A DNA stretch of 64,000 nucleotides. It comes from the human T2T-CHM13v2.0 reference genome, Homo sapiens. The notes beneath the pieces were generated by a model. That model did no database searches, was not told where the DNA came from, and saw nothing but the letters and a program-made list of their open reading frames with translations. The DNA lies in NCBI RefSeq assembly GCF_009914755.1, contig NC_060927.1; one strand, written 5' to 3'. Shown here piece after piece: positions 30,104 through 41,463 of this stretch (its first letter is position 1; each line of letters starts with the position of its first letter). The position numbers were made by a program, and so were the translations under genes.

Positions 30104-30544
30104 TAAATTGAATAGGCACTAGGTCTGTGAGTTTGTAAACTTCCCTCAGTGAAGGACCAGAGCTTGGTGTTTTGTTGTTGTTTTGGTAGGTATTTTGTTG
30201 TCTGTTGGAAATGAGGTAAGAAGATCCTATGAAGTCGTCACAAATATTGGTTATACTTGTTTGTAGAAGCAACATAATTTCAAGAAAAGCCACCTTCTCA
30301 CATCACCTTTTACAGCTTCTTAACATAGGTCACAGGTTGCATTTTGAATTAGGTGAATACTCCATTTGTCAGTCGGTAACCACTTCTGAAATTAATTTAT
30401 TGTATTTCCCCAATATAACAGCAATACATGTTGGTATAGAAAACACCTTATATTAAAAAAAAAGTCTATGTATCTACATGTGAGTATGTAATCAGCCATG
30501 TCTTCCACCCAATGTGGAAAATTTCTTTCTTAAAAATTTTCTTA

Positions 30545-30843
<299 letters not shown>

Positions 30844-31309
30844 TTATACATTTTTCGATGCCGTTTCTTTTTTTCTTTGTTTATGAAAATGTCTCAGATC
30901 AAAGTAATATATCTTCATTGTCCAGGATATTTCGTTAAGTATAGAAAAATATAAAGCAGCATGAAACATACTATCCTTCATCTCACCACCCAGAGATCAC
31001 ATCTTAATATTTTTGGCCATTGCATTCAATCTAGGGCAAAAACAGGCAGCATAACTTGCACACAGTGGATGCTCACTGCATCCCTGCTGAATGCATGAAT
31101 GCAGAAAGAGAACTTGGAGAAGGGCCCATTTGTCTTGCTAATAGAATCAATTATACAGCTCTTATGGTCTAAAATTATTTGTCTTCTCAAGTTTGCCTCA
31201 TTATTGTCACACAGCAGGAGCCTGGCCAAGACACAGCCATCTTTCTACTATTTGACAACCAAGCACTTTGGAAGGAATGGTCACTGTTTTCACTTCATTC
31301 CTGTCATTC

Positions 31310-31745
31310 ATTCTCTCACTCATTAAATAAATATTAAGTGCCCACCATGTGCCGGAAATACGGAGAAGAAAAAAAAACATGACCCCTGCCCTCATGCAAA
31401 TTACTGTGTAAAGACAAAAGACAATAAACATAAACACATAAATATATATATATACAAAATTTTATAAGTGCAAAAATAGAAGAGAACAAGTGGCTGGGAA
31501 AATAAACGGGGCAATGGTATAATTAAGGAGGGGACAGGGAAGGCCTTTCTGACGCAGTGACAAGTCGGGTCAAGAAGGAACGAAAGGGAAGGTTCTGAGG
31601 CTGTCAAACTTTGAGTGTGGCCAAAAAAAAAATGAAGAAAGTGATGGAGGAAAGACTAGGCTGAAGAAGTAGGGCAGTAGTGAAGTGTCTTGTAAGCCAT
31701 GCTAAGGATTTTGAGTTTTATTCTATGTACTGTTGGAAACCAATA
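31310..31745 (-). mobile_element. L2 fragment
   Basis: CATTCATT...AAATATTAAGTGCCCACCATGTGCC...CCCTGCCCTCATG...GGGAAGGCCTTTCTGA. Confidence 0.65.
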
Positions 31746-32295
31746 CTTTTTTTGTAGTGTAAATTGAGCTTATTTTTCATAGATAGGTTTCAAGATGCAA
31801 AGCATACAAGGACCAAAAATAATTATATGAAAACTCTCCCTCCCTCCGGTTTCCTAGCCACCCAGTTTCCCTCTTCAGAGCTGCCAGTCTTTCCTACGGA
31901 AAGACTCTAGGCACAAACAAGCCCATCTATCTGTTTATATTATAATGCATTTTCAGCACTGGGACGAGCCCATCTGATTTAAGACCTGAATGCTGAGAGG
32001 GCATGACTCTGCGTTAGAACTCTGCGCTACTGCCCACGCATCTCACAAAGTCTACTACGCCGCGCGTTCTCGGTTTCAACGCACCTCCAGGATTCAGGGC
32101 TTCCTAAGCTGCAATTCAGCAGGGCTCCCTTGCTTGTTCTCACTCTGTGCCCCCGGCAACGACCCCGCGCGCCTACACTCCCGTGCCGCCTCAGCTACTA
32201 GTCCGCAACTTCTAGCCCCAAAACGCTGGAGCTCAGAAGCCAGCTCAGGTGCGCTCGTCGGTTTCCCAGGGAGACTGGGGCTGATTGTAGGCACG

Positions 32296-32408
32296 CGGGG
32301 GCGGGAAGACAGCTTCTTGCTTCTGGCTGCGATGGAGGCGGATCTGGGCGGGGCCGAAACGGGGGCGGGGCCAAGTGTGGGGGCGTAGTCAGGCGTGGGG
32401 GCGGGCCG
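32296..32408 (+). promoter_or_regulatory. Cluster of Sp/KLF GC boxes; G4-capable
   Basis: GGGGCGGGA, GGGCGGGGCC, GGGGGCGGGGCC, GGGGGCGGGCC. Confidence 0.8.
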
Positions 32409-32419
32409 GCGCCGGCGCC

Positions 32420-32532
32420 GCGGTCGGCGGCAGCGCTCTCCTAAGCTCTCGCGGCTGCGCTTCGGTCCCGGACCCGGGCCACCCACGGGGTAGTGGGTGC
32501 TCCTCGGCCCCGGACATTGCAAGCCCCAGAAG
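32420..32532 (+). other. ARHGEF26: ARHGEF26 non-coding exon 1 (start approximate)
   Basis: Immediately downstream of the GC boxes; ends at donor AAG|GTAAAT (GT at 32533). Confidence 0.65.
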
Positions 32533-32954
32533 GTAAATTTGCGTGGGAGCCGCGCACCTGGAGCGCGAGGGTACCCATGATGAGGGCGGGAGGCTGGCTG
32601 GCGACAGAAGGGAGCGTCCCGCGGCGAGTTTCCCAAGAAAGCTGAACTCGTCCCAAGTTTCTTGTGCCTCGGCTTGCACTCAGTGAATTGGTGGCGGGCT
32701 CATTTGCTGCGGGTGGTCTTTTGGCGCGGGAGGGACGCGGAGGTGATTGGATTAATCCGCCTGGGCGGCAGCCCAGATTTCTGCCGGGAACCGCGCACCG
32801 CAGTGGTGCAGTTTTTGCCCGAGAAAGGGCGGGTAAGTGCGGTGCAGTCGTGTCCTGCGCAGCAGCAGGGGGACCGCCGGTCTGGGAGCACGCGAGTCGG
32901 CCAGGCGTCCCCGGTTGTCCAGAGGCACAGTTTCCTAACTTCTTTCCTCTTTAG

Positions 32955-33005
32955 GCAAGACTAACTCGGTGTTGCTCCTCCCGGCGCTGACTTCGAGGCC
33001 CGGCT
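32955..33005 (+). other. ARHGEF26: 5' UTR part of exon 2
   Basis: Acceptor TTCTTTCCTCTTTAG|G ending at 32954, branch-like CTAAC upstream; no upstream ATG. Confidence 0.85.
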
Positions 33006-34088
33006 ATGGACGGCGAGAGCGAGGTGGATTTTTCTAGCAACAGCATAACCCCTTTGTGGCGGAGGCGGTCGATTCCTCAGCCCCACCAGCTTCTGGGCCG
33101 GAGCAAGCCGAGGCCCCAGTCCTACCAGAGCCCCAACGGGTTACTAATTACGGATTTCCCGGTGGAGGACGGAGGGACGCTCTCCGCAGCGCAGATTCCC
33201 GCCCAGGTGCCCACCGCCTCGGACAGCAGGACGGTACATAGGAGCCCCCTGCTTCTGGGCGCCCAGCGGAGAGCGGTGGCCAATGGTGGGACGGCATCCC
33301 CGGAGTACAGGGCTGCCTCTCCTCGACTTCGACGGCCCAAGTCACCCAAGCTCCCCAAAGCGGTGCCTGGCGGCTCCCCGAAATCCCCAGCAAATGGCGC
33401 GGTGACCTTGCCTGCGCCGCCGCCGCCGCCGGTTCTGCGCCCCCCGCGGACTCCTAACGCGCCCGCCCCCTGCACCCCCGAGGAGGACCTTACTGGGTTG
33501 ACTGCCAGCCCGGTGCCTTCGCCCACTGCAAATGGCCTTGCCGCTAATAACGACTCTCCTGGGTCAGGTTCGCAGTCCGGCCGGAAGGCAAAGGACCCCG
33601 AACGGGGGCTCTTTCCTGGGCCCCAGAAAAGTTCTTCGGAACAAAAACTCCCCCTCCAAAGGCTGCCCTCCCAGGAGAACGAGCTCCTCGAGAATCCTTC
33701 CGTGGTTTTGAGTACAAACAGCCCCGCCGCCCTCAAAGTGGGGAAGCAGCAGATCATTCCGAAGAGTCTGGCCTCGGAAATTAAAATAAGTAAATCCAAC
33801 AATCAAAATGTGGAGCCCCACAAGAGACTCCTCAAGGTGCGCAGCATGGTGGAGGGCCTAGGAGGACCCCTGGGTCACGCAGGGGAGGAGAGTGAGGTCG
33901 ATAACGACGTGGATAGCCCAGGGTCTCTGCGGAGAGGCTTGCGGTCCACGTCTTATCGCAGGGCAGTGGTCAGTGGCTTTGATTTTGACAGTCCTACCAG
34001 CTCGAAGAAGAAGAACAGAATGTCCCAGCCTGTTCTGAAAGTGGTGATGGAAGACAAGGAGAAGTTTTCCAGTCTGGGAAGGATAAAG
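33006..34088 (+). CDS. ARHGEF26: ARHGEF26/SGEF exon 2 CDS (aa 1-361; Pro-rich N-terminus)
   Basis: MDGESEVDFSSNSITPLWRRRS... recognised as SGEF; Kozak GCTATGG; 1083 nt, phase 0; donor AAG|GTAAAA. Confidence 0.97.
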
Positions 34089-35424
34089 GTAAAAGTGGGC
34101 AGGAGTGTGGCACGCCATTCACTAAGCGGAAAGTAAATGTGTTGGGAGTGGGGAGGAGGAGCGTAGAGGAAACCCGAAGAAGTCATTCCGTTTTAATTCT
34201 GTGTTTTGCTCTTGATTGCTAGTGTACATCCAGCTCTTGGCCACTTTGATGCTGGCAGGCACAGCCGAGTTTAGTGCAACTTTGTGGGAAGAAGTGAAAT
34301 TCATCACTTTTAAATTTCTAAGCTCAGGCAGAATTGGGGGGGACAAGAGTGAAATATGGCAGATTATTGGCTGAGTGAGTCTTTACCACTTTTAAAAGAG
34401 ATAGCTGAAAGGGGGAGGAGCATGTTCAGAACCGCACTCTGCAGTCAAGTTGTCTGGAGTTTGCTTAGAGGTTTCAGTCAATGATAGCTGTTATCACAGC
34501 TGATTCAGAAAAATACTGATTCCTGTTTGAGCCTGTTGATTATTTTTTGCTTTTACTTACTGAATTTTGAGTGGTTACTACGCACTTGATGTCATTCAGG
34601 TAGAATGTGAATTTGAAAATCAGTTGCCAGGATCACAAAAGACATAAATATTTTGTCATCTTTTTTGTTGCTTGTTTTTGTCACCGTGGCCTTTGGTTGT
34701 GTTTTATTCCCGTTGTATGCCCATTCATCCTTGAGTGCATGTAACAGATTGGCAGCTGAAAACTTAAGGTTAGGGTGGACACTGTGTGGTATTGCTCCCC
34801 TATATTGTCCCATTAGCTGCACTTATTAAAATATTGTCAAATATGACATAAAGAAACAGGGAAAACTGAAGAGGGGTATTTTGGAGTGTGTGCTTCCTTC
34901 CACAGAAACAACACAGGTTTCAGCAATAAGGCAGAGATTCTTTTTGGCAGCCACATTTTTTCTTGGTTAATCAGAGCACTGGAACCAGTCTATATAAATG
35001 GCACATATGCAAAACACAAGCAAGCCTGTTTTATTTTAGAGCCCGTGGTCTTAAAGAAAATAAATTACATAACATTTTATGTGTTTTTTCCAACTCTGCA
35101 AGTATAGCAAAGTTCAATTTAACAGTGATGGTGAATCACGAGTTGTAAAATGAGCTGACCTGCTAGTTATTTGAGGATTCTCAATCTGTTTTGACAGGGT
35201 GTGGGGGATCTTGTACATTTTATTTCATTGTTTCAGTGAATTGTAGTGATCAAATGAGTGAACTCCTCCAGGGCTCAGCTTCTGTGCGCTCTTGGAAATC
35301 TAATTAATGTAATGACTAAAAAAAAGTATTTTTACTTAAAATAGCTGTATTTTCTATTTGGCTCATTCATACATAGTTTGCTTTTCCTTTTTTTTTTTTT
35401 TTTTTACTTTTTTTTGTCTCTTAG

Positions 35425-35464
35425 AAAAAAATGCTGAAAGGACAAGGAACATTTGATGGGGAAG
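35425..35464 (+). CDS. ARHGEF26: ARHGEF26 exon 3 (40 nt, KKMLKGQGTFDGE)
   Basis: Long poly-T tract with TCTCTTAG acceptor; donor AAG|GTAAGC; continues the reading frame. Confidence 0.93.
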
Positions 35465-37289
35465 GTAAGCATTTAATTTTCCAAACTTTCATTGCTGTTT
35501 CAATGTGGAATACCAATTATAAGTTGAAATCCAACTGCAGTAACAAAAATGCTTACGATGAGAAATATGTCCAACTTCTTCTCAAATTATACAGTCCAAA
35601 GCTTCTCACTAAGCTAAATTTTTATCTAGTAATACTAATGGTGAATATAGTTAATGGCATTTTTTATAGGCTGATAACTTTTTCAGTCGATGTCCTGGGA
35701 TTTTTAATTCTTCTCTACCTTGGCTCCATCCCCATGTTCCTCAGGAAGGGTAAGAGCAAGATCTAGCTTTTTAGTTAAAAATTCTGATTTTGGCATTTAG
35801 ATCTGAAGTCATATTTCTTTAGGTCACATTTCCTTTGACTTAGTATTCTGCCCATATTTCCACATTTGATTATCATTTCTGACTTCCTGTTTCCTTATTA
35901 AGTTTCAGCTTTGGGGGAACTCTAACTCTCCTGGCTGACAAAAACATATTCTTAAGACTTTTCAACCCATGTAGTATTTTTATTAAGGATCTCAAAAAAA
36001 AAAAAGCAGCTTCAACCAGGTGTTCAAACCCTAATCAGATTAATGGACTTTTTTAAATAGATGGGTCAAGCGTCAGCCAACTGGAAGAGCATGAAGGGAG
36101 CAGTCCCAGCTGTAGCACTTGTTGGGCTAGAGGGTCATGGTGGTAGTGAGGGTAGTTAAATTTTTGTCATGTTTTGAAGTGTGAAGATTTTCCAACCTTC
36201 AAAGAATAATAAAGAAGGGAGTGCCCCTCCATAGGTCAAGCAAATGTACAATCACCCAGAGTTATAAAATATGTAGCCTTAGGTGATTGTCAAGTAATTC
36301 CCTATATAATTTTTATAAAGATGAGTTTCCCATTGGAACATTTATAAATGACTTATCTATAAAAATTCATTCACCGCACCAATCTTAGGAAATCCAGATA
36401 TAGTATTTAGCTGGTTGGAATAAGTTCATCTCCCTAATTTTATAATTGAGGAAACCAGAAGATCTGAGAGGTTTGGTAACCTGTCTGCTGTCACACCTAG
36501 TTACACAGCCAGTAGTAGGACACAGATCGAGTTCTTAGTCCAGTTTGCTGCTTCTTATAGCACTCTGACTATGAAGTGAACAGCATCTACCTAATATTTA
36601 CCTAAGGAGATGCTTTACATTCCCTGGAATTTGATATTTATTTTGTGACCTCTGCCTAAGAGAGTTTAAAATTTTTAGATTTTTTTTGAAGTCAGAGAGT
36701 AGACTTCATTATAACTAGTTTTACGTTATTTCCTTTTATAAGGAGCTGTTTCTGTGTATCCTCTCATTTCTTCTCAAATATAATGACCTAGAAATTTTTT
36801 TCATGTACATACATATGTACATGAGGAATGCAGGATTCTTACAGTTAATGATTAACAAGAATGTAACTAAAGAAGCAGTGTGTCTAAATGGGGAGAATCT
36901 GTGATATTAGAGCCAGGCAGACCTGGGTTCCTGTCTTGCTGTTCCTGTTCATCAGTTAAGTGATACTGAGAAAAACCCTTAATATCACAGGGACCTCACT
37001 GAGCCACCTCATGTGTGAAATGAGGTTAATAATACTGTTGCCTAAGTTGTTGTGAAAATGAATGAGAAATCTGTCAACAATGTTATGCATATATACTTTG
37101 TGCCAACTACTTAGTACTTTGAAGACTAGGGGAGACTCAGCCTTTACCCTCATAATCTGCTTTACATAGCATGACAATCAGAGACCAGTAAAATCTTGAA
37201 TAGACTCCAGTGTTACTTTAGTCATAGTGCATACAGAATATTCTGTAGTTGATGAGAAAAGGGGCAGATGCATGCTTGTTTTGGTAGAT

Positions 37290-37790
37290 GGGAAAGTCAG
37301 TTCAAACTCAAAATGCCCCAAACCAAACTCATAATCTTCCCCACTAAACCTGAATCTCTTCTGGTGTTCCCATCTCCTACTTTCTGGTTGTGAGGCCTGC
37401 AGACCTAGGAAACACCCTTAACACCTCCCTCTCTCTGCCCCCATATCCGGTCTTTCACCAGTCTGTTCTATGTTATGTAGCTCAAATCTCCATCATCTTT
37501 CGTTGACTACCCCAATAGCTTCTTAGTCTCCTAGGTAGTCAATGTTTTGCTGTCTAATCTAAGCAAGTCTTTCCTTTTCATGGAGTCCCATTGTGTTCAG
37601 GAAAGAAATGCTATCATGACAGTGTGAAAGAAACTCAATCCTTTTGTACTCAGGGTGAAATCCAGTTTTTACCATTGCCTACAAATATTTCCTTGATTTG
37701 GACTGTCTGGCTCATGTCTCTAAACTCACCTTGTACACTGTGGCCACTAGACATACCCAAGCTTTTGCCACGTTGACTTTCCCTAGTTCT
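37290..37790 (+). mobile_element. L2 fragment
   Basis: CAAACTCAAAATGCCCCAAACCAAACTCATAATCTTCCC...CCCATCTC signature. Confidence 0.65.
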
Positions 37791-37799
37791 TTTAAGATA

Positions 37800-38946
37800 C
37801 AGCCATGCATCACTTAATGATGAGGATACATTCTGAGAAATACACCCTTGGGCAGTTTTGTTGTTGTGCAAATATCACAGAGCGTACTTAAACAAACCAG
37901 ATGGTATAGCCTAGGATATATGGTAGAGCCAAACCTGTACAGCATGTTACTGTACTGAATACTGTAGGCAGTTGTAACACAATGATATTTGTGTATCTAA
38001 GCACAGGAAAAGTACAGTAAAAATACAATATAAAATATTAAAAATGGTACTCTTCTATAGGACTCTTACCGTGAATGGAGCTTGCAGTACTGAAAGTTGC
38101 CCTGGGTGAGTCAGTAAATGAGTAGTGAGTGAATGGGAAGGCCTAGAACATTACTGTACACTATTGTAGACTTTACAAATACTGTACATTTAAGCTATAT
38201 TAAATTTTAAAGAAACTTTTCAATCATTAACTTCAGCTTACTGTAACTTATTTTGTAAAATTTAAAAATTTTTGAATCTTTTCAACTCTGGTTTTAATAC
38301 AGCTTAAAACACAAACACATTGTACAACTGTACAGAAATGTTTTATTTCTTCACATACCTATTCCATAAGCTTTTTCCTATTGTAAAAAATTTTCATTTT
38401 TACTTTTTAAATTCTTTTGTTGAAACTAAACACATGCATTAGCCTAGGCCTGCACAGGGTCAGAATCATCAATGTCACTGTTCTCCATCTCAACATCTTG
38501 TCCCACAAGAAGGTCTTCAGGGACAGTAACATACATGGGGCTGTCATCATCAATGATAACAGTGTCTTCTGGAATACCTCCTGAAGGACCTGCCTGAGGC
38601 TGTTTCACAGTTAACTATTTTTTTTTTTTTTTTGGTAAGTAGGAGTGCACTCTAAAATAATGATAAAAAGCATGGTATAGTAAATACATAAACCAGTAAC
38701 ATAGTTTATTATCATTATCAAGTATCATGAACTGTATATAATTGTATGTGCTATACTTTTGTATTTTTGGCAGTACAATCGGTTTGTTTACACCAGCATT
38801 ACCATAGACATGTGAGTAATGTGGTACACTACAACATTTAAGATGGCTAGGTGATAGGAATTTTTTAGCTCCTTTATAACATATGGGACCACCGTTGTAG
38901 ATGTGGTTTGTCATTGATCAAAACAATATTATGCAATGCGTGACTG
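37800..38946. mobile_element. Tigger3-type (MER7 family) DNA transposon
   Basis: TIRs CAGCCATGCATCACTTAATG / ATTATGCAATGCGTGACTG with TA on both flanks; ~1.15 kb. Confidence 0.85.
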
Positions 38947-39269
38947 TATTATGTTTCCTCTTATGTTCGCATTATAGCTTTTGTGTATGCTTTTCCTGTA
39001 GCTCTGTAGCTTCTCAGCTTTCAGACCTTAGACTTTCCTCATTGACCAAATATCTGACTGCCAGACTAGATCACACCCTACTGACAGTCTGTTCTCACCT
39101 CTATATAAATCCTTCAGTTTGTAGGTATGTATTTGTGTAAGATCATTATGTTCTCAAACTTATAGTGACTTGCCATCACATTTTGAGTAAAAATCAAAGT
39201 CCTTTAATGGCTGAGGCAAGGCCCTACATGATCAGCCCTCTGGTCACCCACAACTCCCATCTTCTTCTT

Positions 39270-39556
<287 letters not shown>

Positions 39557-39559
39557 TCA

Positions 39560-40090
39560 ACTCCCATCTTCTGTACTTTCCCCCCATTTCCTTGTACTCC
39601 AGCCATGCAGTCCTCCTTGCTGCTCTTGGTACATACAGACATACCAAGTAGACTCATGCCCCAGGGCTTTGCACTTGCTGTGTCCCTGATGAGATGCTGT
39701 TTGGGCACTAGTTCTTCATCAGAGTCAACATCAAGGGCCTTTTCTTTGTAGTTTTGATACAGGTGGCTCACTTTCTCACCTGTTCTATGTCTTTACTTAA
39801 TTGTCACTCCAGTGAGGCCTTCCTAAACTACCCTACTTAACATCTACATGCCCTCCTCCCAGCGCTTTCTACCCCCCTTCCCTGTTTCATGTTTCTTCAT
39901 GACACTTATCAGCATCAAAATACTACCAAAGTTATTTGCTTATTTATTGCAGTTCTCTCATGCTTTAGTATCAGCTCCTGAATATTGAGATTTTTAGTGT
40001 CTATTATTGTATTTCACGTGCTAAGCTGTTGCCGGTTCCTAGTAGGTGTTTTCTAAGTAACAGTTGAATGAATAAATGCATGAGTGAATT
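39560..40090 (+). mobile_element. L2 3' region (interrupted by the inverted exon-4 copy)
   Basis: CCAGGGCTTTGCACTTGCTG...TGGCTCAC...GAGGCCTTCCT...GTTGAATGAATAAATG. Confidence 0.7.
39700..39763 (-). repeat. Inverted partial copy of ARHGEF26 exon 4
   Basis: Reverse complement is 56/64 identical to 40599-40662; translates LYQNYKEKALDVDSDEELVPK. Confidence 0.95.
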
Positions 40091-40588
40091 TGACAGTTTT
40101 TTTAATTAAACTGTTAGCTCATGAGAGGTGGATGAGGGCATGAGAGCTCATGAGGCATCAGAGGTGTCTTTCTTTTGTTTTCCATTTTACTCTCAGCCCT
40201 TGGCACGTCATAGATACACAATAAATGTTTATTAAATAGATAAATGAATGGTGATGGACCTTAAATAAAAGATAGGATGTAATTTAACCTAAATTACAGT
40301 GATTTAACAGGCCTGACTGTCCTTCATGAGTAGTGGACAGAGACATGGAAACTGCTTCTGTTGGCATTCTCTGTATGGGCTGGTCCCCTTCCCCTGCAGT
40401 TGAGTTTGAGATAGAGCTATGTGAATGAGAAAATCACTTTTCTGTAATTATTCTTCAGGGACTAAATCTGTTTGTCTCTCTGTTTATAAAATTGGAGGCC
40501 AAACATTGGGTACATATGATGTTTATTTAGAACAAGTAACATAATGATTGAGAACAATTAGTGACACATAGGCCTTGTTTTCTTGCAG

Positions 40589-40734
40589 AAAATGCTGTCC
40601 TGTATCAAAACTACAAGGAAAAGGCCCTTGACATTGATTCTGATGAAGAGTCAGAGCCCAAAGAACAGAAGTCAGATGAAAAAATTGTGATTCACCATAA
40701 GCCATTGAGATCCACATGGAGCCAACTCTCTGCG
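40589..40734 (+). CDS. ARHGEF26: ARHGEF26 exon 4 (146 nt; ENAVLYQNYKEK...WSQLSA)
   Basis: Acceptor TTTTCTTGCAG, donor GCG|GTGAGT; frame continues; Ephexin LYQxY motif. Confidence 0.95.
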
Positions 40735-41162
40735 GTGAGTGTTTATCTTCTTTTCTATCTGTGGTAGGAAAAAAACAAGTTTTGGAAATTATGTGTGGAT
40801 TTGGCTTATGTTCTTTTCTGCCAGTGATCCTGTAACTAAGGAGAAAGACTCTTTTTAGATTGTGAAATGTTTCTCGGAACTCTGCCCGCACTAATGAGAA
40901 CATGAACTTTGACACTTCTGATCAGGAAAATTAGGTTTGATAAAATAAAGTGCTATGAGATTGATGTACTGTGACCTCTGGAAACTCTTTCTGCGAGATC
41001 TCTCTTTTTGTTAAATATAGCCTGCACTTTATCATAATTATGGCTATTTACATATATACGCGTGTGTGTTTATGTATGTATGCGTGTATATGTACATGTA
41101 TGTATGTACCTGTATATGTATCTCTGCACAATAGAAAGCTAGTTACAATTCTTCCTTGGAAA

Positions 41163-41463
41163 TTTTTTTTTTTTTTTTTTTTTTTTGAGATGAGGTCTTG
41201 CTCTGTCGCCCAGGCTGGAGTTCAGTGGCGTGATCTCGGCTCACTGCAGTCTCCCAGGTTCACGTGATTCTCCTGCCTCAGCCTCCTGAGTAGCTAGGAC
41301 TGTAGGCGTGTGCCACCATACCCAGCTAATTTTTGTATTTTTAGTAGAGATGAGATTTCACCGTATTGGCCAGGCTGGTCTTGAATTCCTGCCCTCTAGT
41401 GATCCGCCTGCCTCAGCCTCCCAAAGTGCTGGGATTACAGGCATGAGCCACCGCATCTAGCCC
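41163..41463 (-). mobile_element. Alu (AluS-type)
   Basis: Reverse Alu; TSD TTCCTTGGAAATTT. Confidence 0.95.

Larger units (their letters stand above)
32010..33960. promoter_or_regulatory. ARHGEF26: CpG island / ARHGEF26 promoter (probably bidirectional)
   Basis: Sharp rise in GC and CpG content; no obvious TATA box; covers exon 1 and most of exon 2. Confidence 0.9.

Noticed and set aside
33122-33802. 226-aa antisense ORF and other long ORFs in the CpG island (31990-32964)
   Set aside because: These are shadow ORFs expected from GC-rich, stop-poor sequence; mostly non-ATG starts and no recognisable domain.
33006-34136. 376-aa ORF as a complete single-exon gene
   Set aside because: The donor at 34089 and downstream in-frame exons show it is exon 2 of ARHGEF26 plus intron read-through.
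36801-36824. 10-bp-arm palindrome TCATGTACAT-ACAT-ATGTACATGA (similar short ones near 8660 and 60280)
   Set aside because: Short and low-complexity; expected by chance or slippage in AT-rich DNA.
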